Source: Candidatus Woesearchaeota archaeon (GTDB taxonomy: Archaea; Nanobdellota; Nanobdellia; Pacearchaeales; GW2011-AR1). From it: a stretch of 28,451 nucleotides of DNA. Below the pieces are notes generated by a model. That model worked only from the letters and a program-made list of their open reading frames with translations, had not been told where the DNA came from and ran no database searches. The translations under genes and the position numbers were made by a program. Below are positions 17,238 through 26,164 of the stretch, in pieces. The stretch spans positions 6,660 through 35,110 of the forward strand of contig CAYNJW010000004.1 of NCBI GenBank assembly GCA_964397665.1. The letters are read 5' to 3'. How positions within the stretch are numbered: position 1 is the first letter of the stretch; every line of letters starts with the position of its first letter.

Positions 17238-18026
17238 ATGGGAAGAAAATTTAAAAAAATACTCGTTATTGAAAGTTCAAAAAAAACAAAAAATCATAAA
17301 AAGAGTGCTAAAAATATTAAAAAAATATTAAAAGATTTAAATATTAATCACTCTTGGATAAAATATCAATCCTTGAAAAAAGAAAACCTAAAACATAAAG
17401 ACCTAATAATTACTCTTGGTGGTGATGGAATCTTTATTGGAGTTTCACATTTTTTACGAAATACCCCAATACTTGGGTTAAATAGTGACCCACTAACCTC
17501 TGAAGGAGCGTTGAAAGAAATCTCTGCATTGGATAATAAAAATATCATAAAAATCTTAAATGGAAACTACAAAATTAAACAAAAAACAAGAGCAAGAATT
17601 ATACTAAATAATAAATTCCTGAAAGAACTAGCAATAAATGAAGTCTATGTTGGAACAAAAACCCAAGCACATGCTTCAAGATATGTATTAAAATTCAATA
17701 AAAAAGAAGAAGAACAAAGAAGCTCCGGAATAATAATTTCTACAGGTACTGGAAGCACTGCCTGGTTCAAGTCTACTGGAGGTAAAAAATTTAAACAAAG
17801 TAAAAAAGAATTAAGATTTATTGTAAGAGAACAATTTAAAGGAAAACTTTTCAAAGGAAAAATAACTTCAGGAAAAATAACAAAAACAAAAACAATAGAA
17901 ATTTATTCTAAACAAAATACGGATGGCATAATAATAATTGATTCAAATATCTTTTATGACTTTAATAAAAAAGACAGAGTAAAAATACAGATTTCTAAAC
18001 AAAACTTAATTGTTATAACAAAATAA
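17238..18026 (+). CDS. nadK: NAD kinase
   Basis: Contains ITLGGDG, the INEV motif and ISTGTGSTAW. It starts 4 nt after the dus stop. Confidence 0.85.
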   Translation: MGRKFKKILVIESSKKTKNHKKSAKNIKKILKDLNINHSWIKYQSLKKENLKHKDLIITLGGDGIFIGVSHFLRNTPILGLNSDPLTSEGALKEISALDNKNIIKILNGNYKIKQKTRARIILNNKFLKELAINEVYVGTKTQAHASRYVLKFNKKEEEQRSSGIIISTGTGSTAWFKSTGGKKFKQSKKELRFIVREQFKGKLFKGKITSGKITKTKTIEIYSKQNTDGIIIIDSNIFYDFNKKDRVKIQISKQNLIVITK

Positions 18027-18034
18027 ATTTAAAA

Positions 18035-19036
18035 CTACTCTGCTTTTCTAGCAATCTGTCTCATACGTTCTATTGTCTTTCTATCTTCCCTACCTTTCTT
18101 AACCTCTTCTTTGTACCACTCATACCTATTAATTATTTCTTTTAATGCTGAAGCTTCACAAATTTTTTCGTTAGTAATTGATAATTTTATCCCGCTTATA
18201 CCCATATCTGTCGTAGATTTATAACCAAAGGGATTTCTTTTACTTGTAACTCTTCTCAAAATTTTAAAATTATTCAAATCACGATTATAAGATGTTGCTT
18301 TAATTTTATGAGCTTTAAGATGTAATTTATCAAGCATATTCTTATCTCCTAAATCTGCAGTTGCAGCCTCATATGCTAAATTTATTGGATGTTTTAAGGG
18401 TAAATCCCAAACAGGAAATGTTTCCAATTTAGCATATTTAACTTTTTTTCCATTTTTTATTTCATGATATAATTGGCTCAAAGCTACCGCCATTTTTCCA
18501 GAATTTCCTGCAGGACCTGTCAAAACTATTAACCTTTTTTTTAAATAAATATACCCATTATCCTTAAAACTTTCTAAAGCAAATTTTGTTTCCTCAGAAT
18601 AATTATCCCATTCTCTAAAAACCTTCGAATCTATCTTCTTCTTTTTTAAATATTTAAGAAATTTTTTAACTTTTTTATACTTTTTCCCCTCTTTAAACCT
18701 TGTAATAACTACTGTTTCTAGATGAAAGCCTTTAGATGAAAATTCTTCCAATTCTTTTTTTATCTGGCTCACATAATTCACTTTCTTTTTTGTTAACTTC
18801 TTTTTTGATTCTAAATCATTAGCATTTATACAATAAATAATGCCTAAATTTCTAAAAGAACTTAAAAGATGTAATTTATTCTTAGGATTATATCCTGGCA
18901 ACACTCTTGAAGCATGGCCATCAAAAATTAATTTTCCTCCGACTTCAAGATAAAATCTCTTAAACCCCTTTGCTCGTAATTTAATTTCTTTAGAAATAAA
19001 CTCTAAATATTTCTCTGAATCAAACCCTTCTTCCAT
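18035..19036 (-). CDS. UPF0371/DUF1846-family protein
   Basis: GFDSEKYLE...GGKLIFDGHASRVLPGYNPKNK, GPAGNSGKMA and KHPINLAYEAATADLGDKNM match my recollection of DUF1846 proteins. It appears shorter than typical members. A TATA box (19058-19065, minus strand) lies 22 nt from the ATG. Confidence 0.65.
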   Translation of the reverse strand: MEEGFDSEKYLEFISKEIKLRAKGFKRFYLEVGGKLIFDGHASRVLPGYNPKNKLHLLSSFRNLGIIYCINANDLESKKKLTKKKVNYVSQIKKELEEFSSKGFHLETVVITRFKEGKKYKKVKKFLKYLKKKKIDSKVFREWDNYSEETKFALESFKDNGYIYLKKRLIVLTGPAGNSGKMAVALSQLYHEIKNGKKVKYAKLETFPVWDLPLKHPINLAYEAATADLGDKNMLDKLHLKAHKIKATSYNRDLNNFKILRRVTSKRNPFGYKSTTDMGISGIKLSITNEKICEASALKEIINRYEWYKEEVKKGREDRKTIERMRQIARKAE

Positions 19037-19079
19037 ATAAAAAAAGAAACAAAGATGTTTTTATATCTTAGCGTTATAA

Positions 19080-20807
19080 CTAACTGTTAAATTTTTTAAG
19101 AGACTTATTCAAATACTCAAAATATTCTAAATCGCTAGAATTTGCCATTTTCTCAACAATTAACTCTGGTGTTGAATGTGCTAATCTTCCCAAAACGGGA
19201 TTATGATCTACGATTAAATTAAAATCCTTATCTAAACCTTTAGCTTCAATCCCATCAATTCTTGCACCTTTTGGTAAAACTTCTTTTATTTCATAACCAA
19301 GATGGGTTGCGATTACTAAAAAACAATTCTTATTTAAAAAATAATCTGCAGTTGTAGCAATTATCTTACCTGCTACTCCTGGTTCAGTTACTGCTTCAAT
19401 CTCATCTGCTAAAATCAACGTTTGACTACCTGGTTTTATTGTTGACAACTGCGTAAGGAGATTTTCAAAAGCCCCTTTATTTGCTACACCTTTGTTTTTA
19501 GCAAAATAATACACTTCAGTAAATTGTGGAGTTTTGAAAGAACCGTTGATTGGAAGACCGAGTTGAAAAAGACTTATAGATTGAATTAAATGTTCTAAAA
19601 GAGTAGTTTTACCACCTGAATTTGCCCCAGTTAAAATAGAACATTTATTTTCCATATCTAATCTGAACGAAATAGGTTGAGCGTTATCTAAAAAATAATT
19701 TTTAGAATTTTCTAAAATTAACTCTTCAGATTTACAGGGATAAGATTCTGTTAATTCAAGATATTTTGAAATCCCACCTAAAAAATCAAGAACAATTAAA
19801 AGACTTGATAATCTAGATAATTTTTCAGGAATTAATTTTATTAAACTTGAGTTTAATTTTACTTCTTCAGCTAAATCTGTAAACTCATTTGAACTCTGTC
19901 TTCTAATTAAATCTTCTAATTCTTTTTCATCTATTGAAACAGGGATAGAAATATTAAAAATATGTGAGGGGATTTTACTATCTTGTATAATTTTATTAAT
20001 CATTTTTTGAAAATCTTCTGGAAGTTTTCCTTCAGCCATAATTTTCATTAAAGATCCCCCAGAAATTGTAAAATCTTTTAATTTTTCTTCAAGTATAATA
20101 TTCATCTCATCTAAAGTCTCTTCAACTTTTTCTCTAGTAATAATCTTTGTTGAAGTTTCAACAAAAAAAGAAAATAACGACGACAATTCTTCCGTAATCT
20201 TAAATATCTCACCAGTAGTTATGTTCTTTCCTAAAACTTCTAAATTTTCTTTCCAACCGGAAAGTTTCTCTAAATATCTCTCAAGATAAATATCCTCAAC
20301 ATCCTTAATAAAAACTGTTTGTGATAATGTCTCCAAAGATCTTTGAAAATTATCACAATCAATTACTTGGACAATATCGTATCTTTCTAGTTCTGCTAAA
20401 TCTTGTTCAGAAATTAACAATTTTACTGTACACCCAAATTCTTTCAATTGCATAAAAATGGATTCATCCTCTGTAACAGCAATTACCTCATACTTTGGAG
20501 ACCAATTAATTCTTGGAACTTTCAATTCTTCTAAAAAATCTGTACGAATAATTCCTTTAATCTGCTTAAAAAATTCTTGACGATAATTTAACAAATCAAG
20601 ATTAGAGGTAAAAGGAATAACATGCCAAAGATTGGATGTTTCAGAAAAATTAAACTCTGAAGAAATCTTGCTTAAAAGACGATTATGGACTACTTTTGCA
20701 TCTCTTGTTTTATAAATTGAATCTGCATTCTTACTAATTGAAGTCTTTACAGAACTAAAAGGTGATAGCCCTTGATCAACAATAAACTTGCAAAATTCTT
20801 CTTTCAT
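19080..20807 (-). CDS. MutS-related ABC ATPase (MutS domain V only; no mismatch-binding or Smr domain seen)
   Basis: Has Walker A in LTGANSGGKTTLLEH and Walker B in LILADEIEAVTEPG. The track start at 20864 is TTG; the first ATG is at 20807. Confidence 0.75.
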   Translation of the reverse strand: MKEEFCKFIVDQGLSPFSSVKTSISKNADSIYKTRDAKVVHNRLLSKISSEFNFSETSNLWHVIPFTSNLDLLNYRQEFFKQIKGIIRTDFLEELKVPRINWSPKYEVIAVTEDESIFMQLKEFGCTVKLLISEQDLAELERYDIVQVIDCDNFQRSLETLSQTVFIKDVEDIYLERYLEKLSGWKENLEVLGKNITTGEIFKITEELSSLFSFFVETSTKIITREKVEETLDEMNIILEEKLKDFTISGGSLMKIMAEGKLPEDFQKMINKIIQDSKIPSHIFNISIPVSIDEKELEDLIRRQSSNEFTDLAEEVKLNSSLIKLIPEKLSRLSSLLIVLDFLGGISKYLELTESYPCKSEELILENSKNYFLDNAQPISFRLDMENKCSILTGANSGGKTTLLEHLIQSISLFQLGLPINGSFKTPQFTEVYYFAKNKGVANKGAFENLLTQLSTIKPGSQTLILADEIEAVTEPGVAGKIIATTADYFLNKNCFLVIATHLGYEIKEVLPKGARIDGIEAKGLDKDFNLIVDHNPVLGRLAHSTPELIVEKMANSSDLEYFEYLNKSLKKFNS

Positions 20808-20867
20808 AAATTTAACTTGGTTAATGAGTTTAAAATGTTTTATATATTCAAAAAGACAATTCAATAC

Positions 20868-21128
20868 ATGGAAGAAACTGTGGGAAAATGGTATGTATAC
20901 ATCTTAGAATGTGATACTGGTTCATTTTATACAGGTGTAACTAACAATATAAAAAAAAGAATGCAAGCACATATCGATGGAAAAGGAAGTAAATATGTTT
21001 TTAGAAATGGATTTAACCATCTAATCTCTTTTAAAGAATGTAAAAATAGAAGTGATGCATGTAAAAAGGAATATTTAATAAAAAAATTACCTAAATGGGA
21101 AAAATTAAAATGGTTTGAAGAAAATTAA
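20868..21128 (+). CDS. GIY-YIG nuclease-family protein (UPF0213-like, 86 aa)
   Basis: WYVYILECDTGSFYTGVTNNIKKRMQAH matches the GIY-YIG core. The track start at 20772 is TTG. The ATG at 20868 has TTTATATA (20838-20845) 23 nt upstream. Confidence 0.75.
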   Translation: MEETVGKWYVYILECDTGSFYTGVTNNIKKRMQAHIDGKGSKYVFRNGFNHLISFKECKNRSDACKKEYLIKKLPKWEKLKWFEEN

Positions 21129-21217
21129 TCATTCATTCGTTTAAACAAATTTTAAAACTTCTTAGTTTTATTAAAATTAAAAAGAAACCTAACAAGATAC
21201 TTTTTCTGGGAAAATTA

Positions 21218-21300
21218 TGAGAGCAGGAGGATTCGAACCCCCGTAGACATAAGCCAACAGATTTTGAGTCTGCCCCGTTTGACCACTCCGGCATGCTCTC
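21218..21300 (-). tRNA. tRNA-Leu (anticodon CAA)
   Basis: Cloverleaf folded by hand. The acceptor stem is GAGAGCA/TGCTCTC, the anticodon loop is CTCAAAA, the T arm is GGGGG-TTCGAAT-CCTCC, and there is a long variable arm. No CCA is encoded. Confidence 0.9.
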
Positions 21301-21470
21301 ATAAATTTATAGACGCACTTCAACTTAAAAAGGTTTTTATATCAATAACTTTTTAGAAGTCTAATCTAAAAGGATACTTAAAAAATTCCTTTAATAAAAA
21401 GAAATCTTTTTTCAAGAAAAAATTGCTTAAGGTAAAAAAATAAATTTAAACAAACACTAAATAAATTAAA

Positions 21471-22100
21471 ATGAACAAAGAAAAACTAATTTCAATCTTA
21501 GAAATAGTCATAATCATAATTTTATTCTCCGGACTTACTATTTTAATGAAAAAAAATCTACCCTTTTTTGAACAACTTATAAAACACAGTTTCAAAGGGG
21601 CCATAATTTATTCATTGATTGTTATACTCGCTATTGTGATTGCACCAGTTAGTTCAATACCCCTAATACCAATAATGAGTGGACTTTTTGGATGGGTTTT
21701 TACAGGATTCATAACTTTAATTTCTTGGACCTTAGGTTCAATCATAACTTTCTATATTGCAAAAATCTTTGGAATTCCAATAATTTCAAAATTAATCCCT
21801 CTAAAAAAACTAGAAAAACTAGAAAAAAAAATTATGTTAAAAGATTCGTTTCTAACAATTCTTATTTTAAGAACAGTTATTCCTGTAGATATCCTTAGTT
21901 ATGCATTGGGATTATTCAGCAAAATAAATATCTTAAAGTATACTCTTGCAACAATTTTAGGAGTTATTCCAGTAATTTTCATCCTATCCTATGCTGGTTC
22001 AGTATCCTTAAAAATGCAATTAACAATTTTTATAGGTGTATTTCTGATTATTTTTATTATCTTACTAGTTAAAGAAATTTTAAATAAAAAAACTAATTAA
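21471..22100 (+). CDS. TVP38/TMEM64 (DedA/SNARE-associated) family membrane protein
   Basis: 209-aa multi-pass membrane protein. The core APVSSIPLIPIMSGLFGW...GSIITFYIAKIFG is typical of the family. Confidence 0.7.
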   Translation: MNKEKLISILEIVIIIILFSGLTILMKKNLPFFEQLIKHSFKGAIIYSLIVILAIVIAPVSSIPLIPIMSGLFGWVFTGFITLISWTLGSIITFYIAKIFGIPIISKLIPLKKLEKLEKKIMLKDSFLTILILRTVIPVDILSYALGLFSKINILKYTLATILGVIPVIFILSYAGSVSLKMQLTIFIGVFLIIFIILLVKEILNKKTN

Positions 22101-22144
22101 TTTAATTTAGTTAATAATATAAATAAAAGAAATTTTGTTAATGT

Positions 22145-23830
22145 ATGGATTATGAAAAAATTAGCTCAACTTACAATCTTCTTGAAAATACTTCAAAAGG
22201 ATTAGAAAAAACAGAGATATTAGCTAATTTTTTAAAAGAAATAAAAGAAACTCCAAAATTCATTTATTTATTTAAGGGGAAAGTATTTCCAGATTATGAT
22301 TCCAGAGAATTAGGAATTTCACACCAACTAGTAATCAGAGCAATTGGAAAATCAATCGGTGAAAAAGATTCGGTAGTCTTAGAAGAATTCAAAAAATTTG
22401 GAGAAATTGGAAAAGCTGCTGAAAGTTTAGCAAAAAGGAAAAAACAAAGTTCACTTTTCTCGTCTAAATTAACTGTTGAAAAAGTTTTTAATAATCTTAA
22501 AAAAATTACAACTTACGCTGGAAAAGGAACAGTAGATAGAAAAATTGGATTGATTATAGAATTATTAAATTCTGCATCCCCTACTGAAACAAAGTTTATT
22601 GTTAGAACAGTTTTAAGTGATTTAAAAATTGGTGTTGGTGATGGACTATTAAGAGATTCAATTGCAAATTATTGTTTTTCTCCAAGTAATTTAGAAGAAA
22701 AAAAGAAATATTCAGAGTTAATCCAAGAAGCATATAACAAATCAACAGATTTTGCAGAAGTCTTTGAAAAAGCACAAACTAATTCTTTAGAATTAATAAA
22801 ATTATCTCCTGGAAAACCTTTGAAAGTAATGCTATTTCCAAAGGCAAAAAATATTGAAGATGCATTTAGAATCGTTGGAAAACCTGCAGCATTTGAATAT
22901 AAATATGATGGTTTTAGAGTCATGATTAATAAAGAAAAAAATGGAAAAATTAAAATTTTTACAAGAAGACTTGAAGAAGTAACAAAACAATTTCCAGAAA
23001 TAATAGAATATGTTTTAAAAAATGTTTCTGGAGAAAGTTTCATATTAGATGGTGAAGCTGTTGGATTTAATTCTAAAACTAAACAGTACACAGATTTTCA
23101 AGCAATTTCGCAAAGAATAAGAAGAAAATATGATATTGATAAAATGGCTAAAAAACTTCCAATAGAATTAGTTTTATTTGACATAATTTACTATGAAGGT
23201 AAATCTTTGATAAAGGAGAAATTTGTAAATAGGGCTAAACTATTAAAAAAAATAACCACTGAAGAAGCTTACAAAATAATCTTAGCTAAACAACTAATAA
23301 GTGAAAAAGTAGAAGAAATAGAAAAATTTTACCAATCAGCATTAGAAGATAATCAAGAAGGTTTAATGGCAAAATCTCTTTCTGCACCTTATAAACCTGG
23401 TGCAAGAGTTGGTTATGGAGTAAAATTAAAACCAGTTGATAAGGACTTTGATTTGGTAATAACTGGTGCAGAATGGGGAACTGGTAAAAGAGGAAAATGG
23501 TTAACTAGTTTTAATGTATCTTGTAAAGATGAATCTGGTGAATTATTTGAAATTGGAAAAGTCTCAACTGGTTTAAAAGAAAAAGCTGAAGAAGGATTAT
23601 CATATGGGGAAATAACTGAAATGTTAGAAAAACTAACAATTAAAGAAACCGGAAGAGAAGTTAAGGTTGAACCAAAAATTATTGTAACTGTTCAATATCA
23701 GAATATTCAAAGATCGCAAACTTACTCTTCTGGTTTTGGTTTAAGATTTCCAAGAATTCTAAGATTAAGGCCAGATAGGGGTGTTGAAGATATCACTAGT
23801 TTAGAAGAAATAGAAAGAGAGATTAACTAA
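22145..23830 (+). CDS. lig: ATP-dependent DNA ligase
   Basis: Motif I is EYKYDGFRV (KxDG), followed by LDGEAV, EGLMAKS and a C-terminal OB-fold region ending LRFPRILRLRPDR. Confidence 0.92.
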   Translation: MDYEKISSTYNLLENTSKGLEKTEILANFLKEIKETPKFIYLFKGKVFPDYDSRELGISHQLVIRAIGKSIGEKDSVVLEEFKKFGEIGKAAESLAKRKKQSSLFSSKLTVEKVFNNLKKITTYAGKGTVDRKIGLIIELLNSASPTETKFIVRTVLSDLKIGVGDGLLRDSIANYCFSPSNLEEKKKYSELIQEAYNKSTDFAEVFEKAQTNSLELIKLSPGKPLKVMLFPKAKNIEDAFRIVGKPAAFEYKYDGFRVMINKEKNGKIKIFTRRLEEVTKQFPEIIEYVLKNVSGESFILDGEAVGFNSKTKQYTDFQAISQRIRRKYDIDKMAKKLPIELVLFDIIYYEGKSLIKEKFVNRAKLLKKITTEEAYKIILAKQLISEKVEEIEKFYQSALEDNQEGLMAKSLSAPYKPGARVGYGVKLKPVDKDFDLVITGAEWGTGKRGKWLTSFNVSCKDESGELFEIGKVSTGLKEKAEEGLSYGEITEMLEKLTIKETGREVKVEPKIIVTVQYQNIQRSQTYSSGFGLRFPRILRLRPDRGVEDITSLEEIEREIN

Positions 23831-24103
23831 CTATTTTTTCAAAAGAAATATTCAAAGATAACAATCCTTAAAAACAAAAAATCAATGATTATTCTCTTAC
23901 ATTGTCTGGGAAAAATGCATTAGAAGCTCTTAATTTATTAGAAAGAAAATGTTCTGGAGAAGATGTAAAAAGAACTGTTAGATGTCAAATTGGAAATTTT
24001 CCAAGCGATGCTGATGATGTAAGTGCTCCAAATTTGTTTTAAAATAACTGCTTTTACTAAAAAGCATAAATTTATTTATTTCTAAGTTTATAACGACGAG
24101 GCC

Positions 24104-24144
24104 TTTATAAATAGAAACCATTTATAAACCAATACCTTTATAAA
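24104..24144 (+). promoter_or_regulatory. Three tandem TTTATAAA TATA boxes upstream of tbp (24104-24111, 24121-24128, 24137-24144)
   Basis: Three exact octamers, each preceded by CC/CA, start 17 and 16 nt apart. The proximal box ends 22 nt before the ATG at 24166. A fourth, weaker box, TTTATAAC, lies at 24087-24094. Confidence 0.6.
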
Positions 24145-24165
24145 CAAAATTTAATTTTATGAATC

Positions 24166-24795
24166 ATGGTAGTTAAGAAAAAGGTAGTAAAAAAAAGTAA
24201 AAAAAAGACTTCTAAAAAAGAAACAAAATTAATTGTTCAAAATATTGTTGCAACAACATCATTAGAAAAAGAAGTATCCTTGACAAAATTAGCAAGAACA
24301 CAACCAAATACTGAATACAATCCAGACACATTTCCAGGACTTGTATTAAGAGTAAAAGAACCAAAATCTGCAGTCCTAGTTTTCTCTTCAGGAAATCTCG
24401 TTTGTACTGGAACAAAATCAATAGCCCAAGTTAAAGATGTTGTTAATCAAGTAATTAAACAACTTAAAAAAGTTGGAGTAAATGTAACAATAAAACCAAA
24501 AATAAATGTTCAAAACATTGTTGCCTCTGGATCTATTAATTTAGATTTAAATTTAAACACTTTATCTTTGGAGTTGGAAAATACCGAATATGAACCTGAA
24601 CAATTTCCAGGATTAGTCTATAAACTGGATAACCCTACTGCTACATTTTTACTTTTTAGTAATGGAAAACTTGTCTGTACTGGAACAAAAAATAAAGCAC
24701 AATTAGAAGATTCTATGAAACAACTTAATAAAAATGTTAGAGCAGCATTAAGAAGGTTGAAAAACAAACCAGCAGATGAAGAACATATTTGGTAA
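24166..24795 (+). CDS. tbp: TATA-box binding protein
   Basis: Has two internal repeats (VQNIVATTSL...LVCTGTKS and VQNIVASGSI...LVCTGTKN) and a Lys-rich N-terminal extension of about 22 aa. Confidence 0.93.
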   Translation: MVVKKKVVKKSKKKTSKKETKLIVQNIVATTSLEKEVSLTKLARTQPNTEYNPDTFPGLVLRVKEPKSAVLVFSSGNLVCTGTKSIAQVKDVVNQVIKQLKKVGVNVTIKPKINVQNIVASGSINLDLNLNTLSLELENTEYEPEQFPGLVYKLDNPTATFLLFSNGKLVCTGTKNKAQLEDSMKQLNKNVRAALRRLKNKPADEEHIW

Positions 24796-24845
24796 TTAAA
24801 CAAAACAATACACTTTTTAAATCGTTAATCATGTATTTTATTATT

Positions 24846-24916
24846 GGGCACATAGTTTAATGGTAAAATGGCCGGCTCCAACCCGGCAGCTTGGGGTTCG
24901 ATTCCCTATGTGCTCA
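24846..24916 (+). tRNA. tRNA-Trp (anticodon CCA), intronless
   Basis: The acceptor stem is GGGCACA/TGTGCTC, the anticodon arm is GCCGG-CTCCAAC-CCGGC, and the T arm is TGGGG-TTCGATT-CCCTA. TTTTTAAA (24814-24821) lies 25 nt upstream of the 5' end. Confidence 0.9.
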
Positions 24917-24950
24917 TAATCACATTATCTCTTTCTAAAATATAGTTAAT

Positions 24951-24958
24951 CTTATAAA
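24951..24958 (+). promoter_or_regulatory. TATA-like box (CTTATAAA) of the zinc-ribbon gene
   Basis: Ends 22 nt upstream of the ATG at 24980. Confidence 0.5.
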
Positions 24959-24979
24959 GAAATTTTTCCTTAAAATAAC

Positions 24980-25168
24980 ATGGTAATTTACGTAGATCCA
25001 AAGGCAAAAAAACCGCTAAAGAAAAACTGTGTTGAATGTGGAAAAGAATTTGAACAAAAAGCAGGTGCAAGATATCCAAGAAAATATTGTGAAAAATGTT
25101 CTGCAAAAAGGAAAAAAGATTATGAAAATTTATGGAAAGTAACTGCAGATGAATGTGATGATGCTTAA
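24980..25168 (+). CDS. small zinc-ribbon protein (62 aa, two CxxC pairs)
   Basis: CVEC...CEKC, a basic middle and an acidic tail. It has its own correctly spaced TATA box and sits between two tRNA genes. Confidence 0.6.
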   Translation: MVIYVDPKAKKPLKKNCVECGKEFEQKAGARYPRKYCEKCSAKRKKDYENLWKVTADECDDA

Positions 25169-25214
25169 ATAAAATTAGTAATCTTTAAAAGCAAAAATTA
25201 ACACATAATAATAT

Positions 25215-25290
25215 AGCGAGGTGGAGCAGTCTGGTCAGCTCGCAAGGCCCATAACCTTGAGGTCGCATGGTTCAAATCCTGCCCTCGCTA
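25215..25290 (+). tRNA. tRNA-Met (anticodon CAT), probably the initiator
   Basis: The A1:U72 acceptor end (AGCGAGG/CCTCGCT) is typical of archaeal initiators. The anticodon loop is CCCATAA. The T arm GCA(T)GG-TTCAAAT-CCTGC needs a bulged T. CTTTAAAA (25183-25190) lies 25 nt upstream. tRNA-Ile2(CAU) is not formally excluded. Confidence 0.8.
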
Positions 25291-25403
25291 TAAAACTTTT
25301 TAAGAGTTTATTTAGATTAAAATAGTTAAACTAAAATCTTCAAATAAAGAATGTAGAAAATATTGTAGATTAATCTTATAAACTAATAATCTTTTAACAA
25401 ACT

Positions 25404-26057
25404 ATGAAACTAATTGGAATAGATGATGCAGGACGTGGACCAGTCTTAGGACCTATGGTTTTAGCAGGAGTTTTAATAGAAGATTCTGAACAATCAAAAC
25501 TTGCAGAACAAGGAGCAAAAGACTCAAAACTTTTGACACCAACTAAAAGAAAGATACTTGGTAATAAATTTAAACAAGAATATAAACACCATATTGAAAT
25601 TTCTAAACCAATAGAAATTGACGAATCCACTAATTTAAATGATCTTGAAGCAATTAAAACAGCAATGATTATCAATAAATTAGCAAATGAAACTACTGAA
25701 GAAATTACAGCAATAATTGATTGCCCATCTGTAAACACTGAAACTTGGGGAAACTTTGTAAAAAATCTAATTAAAGATAAAGATAGAATAACAATTAAAG
25801 CCGAACATAAAGCAGATTTTAATCACCCTGTTGTTTCTGCTGCATCAATTATAGCAAAAGAAAAAAGAGAGGAAGAAATGTTAAAATTAAGAATTGAACT
25901 AAAACAAGACTTTGGTTCAGGATACCCTGCAGACCCAAAAACTAAAGAGTTCATAAAAAAAAATTATGATAATGAAAAATTTAAAAGTATAATCAGGCAT
26001 TCATGGAGTACTGTAAAAAAATTAAAAAAAGCAAAGGCACAAGAAACTTTATTCTAA
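25404..26057 (+). CDS. rnhB: ribonuclease HII
   Basis: The N-terminus LIGIDDAGRGPVLGPMVLAGV and later DSK, ASIIAK and SGYPAD are typical of archaeal RNase HII. Confidence 0.9.
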   Translation: MKLIGIDDAGRGPVLGPMVLAGVLIEDSEQSKLAEQGAKDSKLLTPTKRKILGNKFKQEYKHHIEISKPIEIDESTNLNDLEAIKTAMIINKLANETTEEITAIIDCPSVNTETWGNFVKNLIKDKDRITIKAEHKADFNHPVVSAASIIAKEKREEEMLKLRIELKQDFGSGYPADPKTKEFIKKNYDNEKFKSIIRHSWSTVKKLKKAKAQETLF

Positions 26058-26164
26058 TATTCTAAAATACTCAAAATATGAACTCTTAAAAATTAATTTA
26101 GTCAATATTATCAAAAAATAAAAAAGCCATAAATCCTTAAAAACCCTCCTTTCTAAAGAATATC

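Noticed and set aside
21809-21830. Short tandem duplication ctagaaaaa-ctagaaaaa
   Set aside because: It lies inside the TVP38-family CDS and encodes KLEKLEKK in a loop. Micro-duplications of this size are common in A-rich coding DNA.
24010-24020. TGATGA (box C-like) motif in the lig-tbp spacer, considered as part of a C/D box sRNA
   Set aside because: No CTGA box D or D', and no second C' box, lies at an appropriate distance on either strand.
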